From an uncultured cyanobacterium (GTDB lineage Bacteria; Cyanobacteriota; Cyanobacteriia; CAKZMO01), in the NCBI GenBank assembly GCA_963719515.1, contig CAVRCJ010000010.1, positions 576,001 through 640,000 of the forward strand: a DNA stretch of 64,000 bases. The letters run 5' to 3'. Positions 19,784-28,067 of the stretch are shown piece after piece (the stretch's first letter is position 1; every line of letters begins with the position of its first letter). The notes below the pieces were generated by a model. That model saw only the letters and a program-made list of their open reading frames with translations. It searched no databases and was not told where the DNA came from. The translations under genes and the position numbers were made by a program.

Positions 19784-19919
19784 GTACGAAGGCTTTAATG
19801 GAACTTGAGCCTACCACGGCTATCTGGCGCTGAACCATGCAGGGGTGAGCGAGCTATCAATCTTGTTCATCTCTAACCAGGCCAGCCCTTAACCAATTCT
19901 GAACACCAATACTGAACCG

Positions 19920-20672
19920 ATGACGCCAACGGCCCAAACCGCCCCCTCCCGCCCAGTCTTCTGGATTCGCCGCTACGTTCTGCCCATAGGGTTTGTGCCT
20001 ATCCTCGTTGCCGTGCTGGGCGCGGACTCTGTCCAGCTTGCTGAGATGGGTTACTCCGCCCAGTGGCTAGCTGGTCTCCTGGCGATCGCCTACTTTTTAG
20101 TGATGTTCTGGGGACTACGGCCGGAAGAGAGACGGATTGCGCTCGTCTTTGTCCCTTTCTCGGCGGTGGCGGAGTATCTGTTTAGCCAAGTGTTTGACCT
20201 ATATTTGTATCGGTTGGGCATGGTGCCGCTGTATGTGCCCTTTGGTCACGCGATATTGTTTGGCACCGGTTTAGTCCTGGCAGATTTAGAGGCCCTCAAG
20301 CAGCGAGACAGCCTGCGCTGGGGCTTATTGGCAGCTCACCTGCTGCTGTTTACGCTGGCGATCGCCCTTTGGCACGACGGGCTTAGCGCCATCTTGGCTT
20401 TGATCTTTGCCTGGATTGTGCAGCGTAAGGGGGCACGACTGCTCTACGGCATCATGGGAACGCTGGTGCTGATGGTAGAGCTGCTCGGCACCTCTTTGGG
20501 CTGCTGGGTTTGGCAACCCGAATCTTGGGGCTGGCTCCACACCACAAACCCTCCCGTGGGTGCGTTCGTCTTTTACGTCTTAGGCGATTTGGCCGGTTTC
20601 CGGCTAGGGCAATGGCTCGAATGCTGGCAGCTAAAGCTGCGGCGCAAGCGTGGCGCGCTCAAACCCTCGTAG
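19920..20672 (+). CDS. Hypothetical integral membrane protein
   Basis: 250 aa, multiple TM segments with two related half-motifs (EYLFS..FDLYLYR..VPLYVP; ELLGT..GCWVW..NPP). Confidence 0.8.
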   Translation: MTPTAQTAPSRPVFWIRRYVLPIGFVPILVAVLGADSVQLAEMGYSAQWLAGLLAIAYFLVMFWGLRPEERRIALVFVPFSAVAEYLFSQVFDLYLYRLGMVPLYVPFGHAILFGTGLVLADLEALKQRDSLRWGLLAAHLLLFTLAIALWHDGLSAILALIFAWIVQRKGARLLYGIMGTLVLMVELLGTSLGCWVWQPESWGWLHTTNPPVGAFVFYVLGDLAGFRLGQWLECWQLKLRRKRGALKPS

Positions 20673-20723
20673 GGTTACAGCGATCGCCTTTCAGAGGGAA
20701 AATATTAAGGATCTTTCACTTTC

Positions 20724-20739
20724 TGTAAGCCTTGCTACA
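20724..20739. promoter_or_regulatory. Candidate NtcA-binding site
   Basis: TGTA-AGCCTTGC-TACA, an exact match to the (T)GTA-N8-TAC(A) NtcA consensus, about 95 bp upstream of the small ORF at 20835. Confidence 0.6.
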
Positions 20740-20749
20740 AATTGGCCCT

Positions 20750-20771
20750 TATGTCACAAATTCTTGACATA
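20750..20771. promoter_or_regulatory. Palindromic operator TATGTCA-N8-TGACATA (NrrA-box-like), overlapping a TTGACA hexamer
   Basis: Perfect 7-bp inverted repeat with the AT-rich spacer CAAATTCT. TTGACA lies at 20764-20769. Confidence 0.5.
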
Positions 20772-20834
20772 GCAAGGATAGTCTTTTAGAAGAGCCGTGC
20801 AAACTAGGCCAATCTCTCTAAAGGATATCTACTT

Positions 20835-21008
20835 ATGAAACTTCAATTTTTGGGTGTAGAGTACGTCCGCTCAAATGCTGATGCCCTCGATATGTCTATC
20901 GCAGGCCGCTACCGAGGTAAAGCCTGGCGGTCTGAGCCTTCTACTGGCCTTCAGCGCTCTGAAGTCACCCTCCACTTCTTGGGGCGGGCCTACCAATCAG
21001 AAGTTTAG
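20835..21008 (+). CDS. DUF4278-like small protein (57 aa; absent from the ORF track)
   Basis: MKLQFLGVEYVRSNADALDMSIAGRYRGKAWRSEPSTGLQRSEVTLHFLGRAYQSEV*. The repeated L-x-(F/Y)-(L/R)-G-x-x-Y and GRYRG motifs are typical of the family; AAGGA RBS upstream. Confidence 0.75.
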   Translation: MKLQFLGVEYVRSNADALDMSIAGRYRGKAWRSEPSTGLQRSEVTLHFLGRAYQSEV

Positions 21009-21458
21009 CTAGTTCGTGACAGCCCCCGCGCTGTATGCGCAGCATCAGCGTCGGGATGTAAGCGAGCGAGTCGAGGTGCGCCCTTGACTGGATGCCGAAG
21101 GCGGCAATTAAGGGCAGCGCCGAGGCGAGCAAAGGGTACAATTGAACCAAGCTCAAACTACTTCATGGCGGCGGCCTGCTATCGTGACACAAACGTACAG
21201 CCCTTGGCTGGTGAACAGTGCAGACGGTAGAAAACGTAGCTGGAAATTGAATACTCGTCACTGTCTGGGGTTGGTCATTGCCTGGACATTAAACAAATCG
21301 CCTGTCGATGGGATCTAATCGGGGTTGCACGGCTTGCTGCGTAACTAGACAGGACCAGATGAAGCAGGATACCTTCTTGCGCGGCATCCATTAAATTGTG
21401 GTGCGTGAGCCAAGAAGCCCGCGCTCTATCTAAAAGATGAGCGTCGGGAGTATGTCAC
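21009..21458 (+). mobile_element. Non-autonomous IS200/IS605-derived element (PATE/MITE-like, no tnpA/tnpB ORF)
   Basis: Left hairpin CCCGCGCTG...CAGCGTCGGG-ATG; right hairpin CCCGCGCTC...GAGCGTCGGG-AGTATGTCAC. Preceded by TTTAG; same ends as the element at 26105-26496. Confidence 0.85.
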
Positions 21459-21562
21459 GATACGGGTGGCGGTGAGGCGCGGGTTTGAAAACTGGCCGCG
21501 ATCGCAGCCTAGGGCGGCGGCATTCATGTCATGCTTTAAGACACTGATTTTGTCCTCCTTTT

Positions 21563-22984
21563 ATGCCTTCTGCCGCCCCGCCTTCCACCGCCGCCAACGC
21601 GCCACTTTCCCTATCCACCAAGCTCGCCTACGGTGCGGGAGATATGGGGGCTGGCCTAACGGCTAACCTGGTAGTCTTCTCATTCCTGATTTTTCTGACC
21701 AACGTCGCCGGTCTCAGCCCAGCGTTAGCGGGCACGGTGCTGCTGGTGGGCAAAATTTGGGACAGCGTCAGCGACCCGATGGTAGGACTGTTGAGCGATC
21801 GCACCCGGTCTCGCTGGGGCCGTCGCCACGTGTGGATGCTGTTTGGCTCCATCCCGTTCGGCGTCAGCTTTATGCTCATGTGGATTGTGCCGGGGTTTGA
21901 GCAAACTTGGCTCAAGTTTGTCTACTACTTAGTGGTGTCTATCCTATTTTTCACCAGCTACACCGCCGTCAACCTGCCCTACGCCGCCCTCACTCCCGAA
22001 CTCACCCAAGACTACGACGAGCGCACAACCCTCAGCAGCTTTCGCCTCGCCTTCTCTCTGGGTGGTGCGGTGATGGGTCTGGCTTTGGGGGTAGTCTTGG
22101 ATCAATTCATCACCAGCCCCCAGCGCCAGTTTCAGCTGCTGGGCATCATCGGTGCGGTTGCTGCTGTCTTGCCGCTCTACTGGTGCATCTGGGGCACAAA
22201 GCACCGCGTTCAGCCCCAGGCGTCTAGCGCGTCAGCTGAGCTAGAGGCTGAGCCTGCAGCTGCAGTGGAACCGTTTTGGCAACAGCTGCCCATCGTCTTT
22301 AGCAACCGCCCTTTTCTCTACGTCATCGGCATCTATTTAACGTCGTGGCTGGCGCTGCAAATCACCGCGTCGATTATTCCCTTCTACGCCGTCAGCTGGA
22401 TTGGCCTAGAGTCTTACTTCTTAGTAGCGTTGGCGGTTCAGGGAACGGCGATTCCCATGCTGTTTCTCTGCAGCCTCATTAGCCGCCGCATCGGCAAGCG
22501 GGGACTCTACTTTATTGGAATGAGCAGCTGGATTGTGATTCAAATTGGCCTGATGTTTTTGCAACCGGGTCAGGTGGGGCTGCTCTATGGGCTGGCCGTC
22601 GCCGCTAGCTTTGGGGTAGCGACGGCCTACGTGGTGCCCTGGTCCATGCTGCCCGACGTCATTGAGCTAGACGAGCTCAAAACAGGCCAGCGCCGAGAGG
22701 GCGTCTTCTACTCGTTCATGACGCTGCTGCAAAAGGTGGGCCTCGCCGTCGGCATCTTTTTGGTGGGGCAGGCGCTGCAGCTAGCGGGGTTTATTCCGGC
22801 AACTCCAGGGGAACCCATTCCGGTACAGCCTGAATCGGCCTTGTTTGCCATCCGCGCCGCTATCGGACCGTTTCCAACCGTCTGCCTGATTCTGGGGCTA
22901 GTGCTGGTGTATTTTTACCCGCTGACGCGGGAAGTTCACGAAGAAATCATGCTCAAACTTCAAGAGCGTAAAAAGGCTAGCTGA
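21563..22984 (+). CDS. MFS glycoside-pentoside-hexuronide (MelB-like) cation symporter
   Basis: KLAYGAGD, WDSVSDPMVGLLSDRTRSRWGRR, PYAALTPELTQDYDERT and DVIELDELKTGQRREG motifs. Confidence 0.94.
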   Translation: MPSAAPPSTAANAPLSLSTKLAYGAGDMGAGLTANLVVFSFLIFLTNVAGLSPALAGTVLLVGKIWDSVSDPMVGLLSDRTRSRWGRRHVWMLFGSIPFGVSFMLMWIVPGFEQTWLKFVYYLVVSILFFTSYTAVNLPYAALTPELTQDYDERTTLSSFRLAFSLGGAVMGLALGVVLDQFITSPQRQFQLLGIIGAVAAVLPLYWCIWGTKHRVQPQASSASAELEAEPAAAVEPFWQQLPIVFSNRPFLYVIGIYLTSWLALQITASIIPFYAVSWIGLESYFLVALAVQGTAIPMLFLCSLISRRIGKRGLYFIGMSSWIVIQIGLMFLQPGQVGLLYGLAVAASFGVATAYVVPWSMLPDVIELDELKTGQRREGVFYSFMTLLQKVGLAVGIFLVGQALQLAGFIPATPGEPIPVQPESALFAIRAAIGPFPTVCLILGLVLVYFYPLTREVHEEIMLKLQERKKAS

Positions 22985-22996
22985 CAAGGTAGGCGC

Positions 22997-23716
22997 TTAC
23001 CGGGCGTAGCGCTGTCCCGGTTGACGTGGCCCCGCCTGACGCGGCGGATTCTGGCGTGATTGGACCTGGCGCGACGGGGGCTCCTCCCCATGCAGCTGCT
23101 GTCGCCCGTTGCGAATCACCCGCAGCATATCCGTCAGCTGATTCTCGACGTTTGCCAGCACCTGACCGGCATACTCATCGGCACCCCTTTGGATGTCGTC
23201 GCATTCGGCGATCGCCACTTGCTGCATTTGCTCAAGCTCTTCTTGAGCCTGCTGACGCCGCTGCTCAATCTCTCGCATCACGCCCTCTCTCATGGCGTCA
23301 CTCTCCTGCTGGATGCCTTGACGGACCTGAGCCGCCTCCATTTCGGCCTGACGCACGATGCCCGTTTGGTTAAGCATTTGAGCGGCCTGTTGCTCTGCCG
23401 CCGCCAGCATCTCCTGGATATACTGCTCGGCTTCAGCAATAATGGCCTCTTTTTGCTGAATCAATATTAAAGCCTGCTGAAACGCCGCGGGAAGCGATCG
23501 CTGCACCTCTTCTAGCTGGTCGAGCACCTCCTCCTCGTCAATGAGGGTATAGCGGCTCAGGGGAATGCGGACGCCTTCAAAAATGATGTCTTCTAGCTTC
23601 GAGATCTGCCGCTGAATATCAAGCGGATTAGAGTCTGGACTAACATCAATGGGGTTAGTGGACGATAGGGGTTCAGGGTGTGACACGGCTTGCGCATTGG
23701 GGGGACTAGAGAACAT
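22997..23716 (-). CDS. cdv3: DivIVA-like cell division protein Cdv3
   Basis: LEDIIFEGVRIPL...IDEEEVLDQL N-terminus, long coiled coil, GADEYA...IRNGRQQL. Downstream of coaD, the conserved cyanobacterial arrangement. Confidence 0.8.
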   Translation of the reverse strand: MFSSPPNAQAVSHPEPLSSTNPIDVSPDSNPLDIQRQISKLEDIIFEGVRIPLSRYTLIDEEEVLDQLEEVQRSLPAAFQQALILIQQKEAIIAEAEQYIQEMLAAAEQQAAQMLNQTGIVRQAEMEAAQVRQGIQQESDAMREGVMREIEQRRQQAQEELEQMQQVAIAECDDIQRGADEYAGQVLANVENQLTDMLRVIRNGRQQLHGEEPPSRQVQSRQNPPRQAGPRQPGQRYAR

Positions 23717-23733
23717 ACGGTTCGGTAGACGAG

Positions 23734-24231
23734 TCAGAGCTTAGGCACTGTTGAGGTATAGCGCTGGCTTAGGGCTGATGCAACGGGGGCAGGCACCAGG
23801 TGATCGACAGGCCCTCCAAATTTTGCCACTTCCTTGACTACAGAACTGCTGAGGAAGCTATATTCGTTCGAAGTTGCCAGAAAAACGGTCTCAATGTGAC
23901 TGGACAGAGTTTTGTTGGTGTGGGCCATCTGCAGCTCCATCTCAAAGTCTGACACAGCGCGTAACCCTCTGAGGATCACCTGAGCCTGCCGCGCTTTGAC
24001 GTAGGCCACAGTCAAGCCGCTGAAGCTATCCACCTCTACATTGGCCAAATCGGCGGTAGAGAGCTCTATCTGCTCAAGCCGCTGCTGCACGGTAAACAGA
24101 GGCGTTTTGCTGGGATTTGTGAGGACGGCCACAACAACGTGCTCGTAAATGCGGCTAGCGCGCTCAACGATATCGAGATGCCCCAGCGTAATTGGGTCGA
24201 AGCTGCCTGGGTAGACGGCAATCACAGGCAA
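23734..24231 (-). CDS. coaD: Pantetheine-phosphate adenylyltransferase
   Basis: [27 protein letters not shown] and [10 protein letters not shown] motifs. Confidence 0.98.
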   Translation of the reverse strand: MPVIAVYPGSFDPITLGHLDIVERASRIYEHVVVAVLTNPSKTPLFTVQQRLEQIELSTADLANVEVDSFSGLTVAYVKARQAQVILRGLRAVSDFEMELQMAHTNKTLSSHIETVFLATSNEYSFLSSSVVKEVAKFGGPVDHLVPAPVASALSQRYTSTVPKL

Positions 24232-24651
24232 GAATTAACGTTGACGATATACAGCAGTATAGGGGGCGCTGAGGCGATTATACTAGGCCACCCCTTGCAG
24301 ATTTTGCGGATTCTTTATGGGGACATCAAGAGCAGATCGCTGGGTGAGGCGGCTCAAAGGCAGTGTCCTGGTTTGCCTTCAACCTCTATGCTCTACATTT
24401 ATCTCTTCTGCAAACCTTGGCTTCGTGAGCCTTGTCGCCATCGGGGCGCAGCGCCTAAATCACCCCAGAAAGTAAAAGCCCCCTAAGCCATAATGGCCCA
24501 AGGGCTGGAGTTCCTGAAAATCGTCACTGAACATATAGTGGCAAGTTCTTCAATTAGCCGCAAGGGGGTTTCACCCCTCACTCTACGATATTCATCCAAA
24601 ACGAAACTTCATCAAGCAGTGATGTGCGTCCTGTCCCTCCGGTGGGCGTGG

Positions 24652-25866
24652 TCACAGGGGGCCTGAGCTCATGGCTTGAGCTGACGGTAGCTGAGCTTCG
24701 ACTAGCGCCTTGTGCTCTAGCGTTAACGCCCGGTCACCGATGGGAATGTAGGGGAGGCCATGCTCGCCGGTGTAAATCTGCGTGGGACGGAAAATCCGAT
24801 TTTCTGCAAGCTGGTCTTTCCAATGAGCCAGCCAGCCGGCTACGCGGGCGATCGCAAACACTGGGGTAAACAGATCAGACGGAATGCCGAGACGGCGGTA
24901 GACCAGTCCCGAGTAGAAGTCGACATTGGGGTAAATGCCTTTCCCTCCTAGCTTTTCTTCAATCACCCGCTCTAGCTCAACGGCAATCTCATAATACTTG
25001 TCGCGCCCGAACTGATCGAATAGCTTTTCAACCAGCTCCTGCAAGATGATGGCGCGCGGGTCTTTCACCTTATAGACGCGGTGGCCAAAACCCATAATCT
25101 TAGACCGCCGCTGCAGACAGTTCTCGACGTAGGGCTTGACGTTCTCCACCTCTCCAATCTCTTCAAGCATCGTCAACACCTCCTCATTTGCCCCGCCGTG
25201 GAGCGGCCCCGCTAGGGTCCCCACCGCAGAAGCCACCACCGCGTAGGGGTCAGTGAGGGTCGAGGCCGTCACCATCGCTGAGAATGTGGAGGCGTTGACG
25301 GTGTGCTCGGCGTGAAGGGTGAGACAGACGTCGAAAATGTGGGCCGCTAGGGGATCGGGCTCCTGCTCGTTGAGCATGTAGAGAAAGTTGGCTGAGTAGT
25401 CTAAATCGTCGCGGGGCTGCACGGGGTCATTGCCGCGGCGCATCAGCTGAAACGCCGCCACCATTGTAGGAATCTTGGCCAGTAACCGTACGACAGCCGC
25501 CCGAATGTAAGCCGGGTCATCCAGCGCTCGCCGAGAATAAAACAGCCCTAGCGCCGCGGCACAGGACTGCAGAGCATCCATGGGATGACCGGATTCGGGG
25601 AAGCACTTCATCATGTCGCGGATGCGATACTTGAGCCGCCGGTGGTAGCGAATTTCGTGCTCAAAGTCCGCTAGCTCTTGCTCAGTGGGCAAATGGCCCC
25701 AGATTAAAAGAAACGCGGTTTCGATGAAGCTGCTCTCTGTCGCCAAACTCTCGATGCTGATGCCGCGATATTCTAGGATTCCGCGTTGTCCATCCACAAA
25801 GCTGATGCCAGACTGTTTGGCGGGGATACCTTCTAAACCGGGGCGATATTCGTATGCAGCGGACAT
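24652..25866 (-). CDS. gltA: Citrate synthase
   Basis: HAEHTVNASTF, GPLHGGANE, MGFGHRVYKVKDPR and YPNVDFYSG motifs. Confidence 0.98.
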   Translation of the reverse strand: MSAAYEYRPGLEGIPAKQSGISFVDGQRGILEYRGISIESLATESSFIETAFLLIWGHLPTEQELADFEHEIRYHRRLKYRIRDMMKCFPESGHPMDALQSCAAALGLFYSRRALDDPAYIRAAVVRLLAKIPTMVAAFQLMRRGNDPVQPRDDLDYSANFLYMLNEQEPDPLAAHIFDVCLTLHAEHTVNASTFSAMVTASTLTDPYAVVASAVGTLAGPLHGGANEEVLTMLEEIGEVENVKPYVENCLQRRSKIMGFGHRVYKVKDPRAIILQELVEKLFDQFGRDKYYEIAVELERVIEEKLGGKGIYPNVDFYSGLVYRRLGIPSDLFTPVFAIARVAGWLAHWKDQLAENRIFRPTQIYTGEHGLPYIPIGDRALTLEHKALVEAQLPSAQAMSSGPL

Positions 25867-26024
25867 AGTGATGTGCTTAGAGCGCCAGTGTACAGTTATT
25901 TAGAATTAAGCTTGACACATTTCTAGTCTCTCGGAACTGTTAATGGTGGTTTTTTGATATTTTTTGGGGGTCCGTCGAACGGCAGCAGCGCTACTTTACT
26001 GTGGAATTCGCTATGGGGACCTGA

Positions 26025-26899
26025 CTAAAGCAGCAGACGCGGTGGCGTCAACCAAAACAAAAGACTTTGTCCCTCGGGAGACCCAACGTCGGGTAAGTCC
26101 AGCCGTGACATCCTCCCGACGCTGACAGCAAGCTGTACAGCGCGGGCTTCCTCAGTGACTCCCAGCTATTGCCGAGACATATCCTGAGATAGGTTTATAC
26201 TCCGCCTGATGCCCCACGGCAGAGTTTTGAATTTTCATCTCCGCGAGGGAGGATACGCACTATGTGTCGCAGATACATTTGCAAACTGAGGAACGGGTGA
26301 CTTGCAGCTTTCGCCTACGGGCCCGTCACACTCTTTGCGGGGTGTATCACCTTGCTATCTCTATCATACCAACTGCTAGCCTCAGCGCTGAGCGCACTAT
26401 CCGCTGTGCATCATTTTGCGGGCGCACTTCGGCTAGCGCGACTCTCATCCCGACGCTCACCCTGACGGGTAGAGCGCGGGGCTTCCTGTCTAGTAGCTAA
26501 AACGCTCGCCTTTTTTACCTCGAGGCAACCTTTGGCCTCTCCCCACAGCAGCCGTTCAGCCCATTGCCCCAGGTCCGGCTGGTGCCCCACAATGGCTAGG
26601 GCCTCTCCGGACCACTGGTCTAGCCACGATAGCCACTCCTGAAAGTCCCCATCCGGCGCGAGGTGATTCGAGACCGCCAGGCGATCGCCCACCCCCGCCT
26701 CCAGCAAAATCTCAGCGGTCTGCTGAGCCCTTACTAAAGGGCTGGTCAAGATCAGCGCGACGTGAATCCTCTCCGCTAGCTGCCCGGCCACCTGGCGGGT
26801 ACGCTGCCGGCCTTTTCCCGTTAGGGGGCGATCGCGATCGCTTTTATAGGTGCCATGCTCGGCGGCGATGCCGTGGCGGATGATATAGAGGGTGGTCAC
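26025..26899 (-). pseudogene. sixA: Phosphohistidine phosphatase SixA interrupted by a non-autonomous IS605-type element
   Basis: RHG, RPLT, SPLVRAQQTA and VGHQP motifs in the 5' part. Removing 26105-26496 gives ...KKASVLG|LDLPDVGSPEGQSLLFWLTPPRLLL* (403+80=483 bp, 160 aa). Confidence 0.92.
26105..26496 (-). mobile_element. Non-autonomous IS200/IS605-derived element (PATE/MITE-like, no tnpA/tnpB ORF)
   Basis: On the minus strand it starts CTACTAGACAGGAAGCCCCGCGCTC...GAGCGTCGGGATG after TTTAG and ends GAAGCCCGCGCTG...CAGCGTCGGGAGGATGTCAC. Boundaries are confirmed by in-frame restoration of sixA. Confidence 0.92.
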
Positions 26900-27666
26900 G
26901 AATTAAACAGCTGAAAGCGGCGCAGCTGTCCCTCTATGGCCTCTGGCAGCGCCTTGCGCAGATCTTTTTGATTGCGGAAGGAGAGCCGATAGCGGTTGGG
27001 CAAATCGAAGGGGTAGGGTCCCAAATCCTCAGAGCGCTCCATATGCAGCAGCAGCACCTGCTCCGGGCGCTTGCTGTGTAGCGCGTAGCCCAACTCAACG
27101 CATACTTCGGGGCTGGGAATGAGGCGGGGCGGACTGCCGTCAATTTGATGGATGGGGGTACCGTCGGCCACGAACAGCAGGCACTGATTGATTTTGCGCA
27201 TTAGGGTGCTGGTGAGGCGGGCGGGACCGTCGGACAGGCGGTTGGATTCTTCAAGCTGTAAGGAAAGGCGCGATCGCTCATTGAGCTTATCGACCAAGCG
27301 GTTCAGCTCGTCTCGCAGTAGGTCGCCTGAGGCAGAGTAGTCCGTTTGGTAGGAGAAGAATATTGTGGGCTCTAGGCTGGCCATCAGCTCTTGCTTCGAA
27401 AAGTAGATTTCATGGCTGATTAGGTCCACGTTGGCCACCCGGTAGCCGCCGCTGCCCTCAATGTAAAACTCTACCGGCTCGCCGCTCAGATAGCGCTCGA
27501 ACCAGTCGGACTGACGCACGGCATCGGCCTCGTCTAGAAAGTCGGCCCGCAGCCCCGATTTCAGCAGACTGTTGCGGCTGAGGCGCAGATCGTGGGGGCG
27601 CTCTTCTAGCTCGCGGATGGGAACGTATTCGTCTAGATACCAGGCTTTGAGGGCAATTATTGCCAT
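26896..27666 (-). CDS. Conserved hypothetical protein with a C-terminal TIR/nucleoside-deoxyribosyltransferase-like domain
   Basis: IFFSYQ...KINQCLLFVADGTP...PEVCVELGYA...PFDL pattern. The stop overlaps the sixA start. Confidence 0.8.
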   Translation of the reverse strand: MAIIALKAWYLDEYVPIRELEERPHDLRLSRNSLLKSGLRADFLDEADAVRQSDWFERYLSGEPVEFYIEGSGGYRVANVDLISHEIYFSKQELMASLEPTIFFSYQTDYSASGDLLRDELNRLVDKLNERSRLSLQLEESNRLSDGPARLTSTLMRKINQCLLFVADGTPIHQIDGSPPRLIPSPEVCVELGYALHSKRPEQVLLLHMERSEDLGPYPFDLPNRYRLSFRNQKDLRKALPEAIEGQLRRFQLFNS

Positions 27667-28067
27667 GGGAAGGGCGGTGTAGGGCTTGTGGATTGGCGAA
27701 TTATACCGCAGCGGCGGCTTATGGCTAATTATAGTACAAATATACTTGATAAGTGTCGGCTGAGGGATGGTGCTGACGCAGCTCTGTCTATGTCGCTACT
27801 AGGGCCGTTAATCTTTGCGATCGCCTCCAACTGGCCTAAACCGAAAGGCGATCGCTTTCAAGCAGAGTTAAGCTCGATTTTGGCAATCGAGAGCAATTAA
27901 GATATGTGTAATTGCTGGATACTGTGCTTAGCTAGATCCGAAATTACATTTACTATAGATTATTAAGCTTCACTTGCCCCAGATCCTAAAAATAGGTGAA
28001 GTTTTAGGGGTATGCCATAGCTTTAACCGGTAAGACCCACTAAGCTGAATTAATCATTAGCTGAATC

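Noticed and set aside
21009..21458. Housekeeping ncRNA (tmRNA, 6S, RNase P) or group I intron
   Set aside because: No tmRNA, RnpB or P7/J8-7 signatures were recognised; the IS605-type ends explain the boundaries better.
26411..26899. Intact 162-aa SixA as listed in the ORF track
   Set aside because: The last 28 or so residues are read from the inserted element; the real C-terminus is at 26104-26025.
27907..27922. NtcA-like site upstream of the heme peroxidase
   Set aside because: The spacing is GTA-N9-TAC, one base too long.
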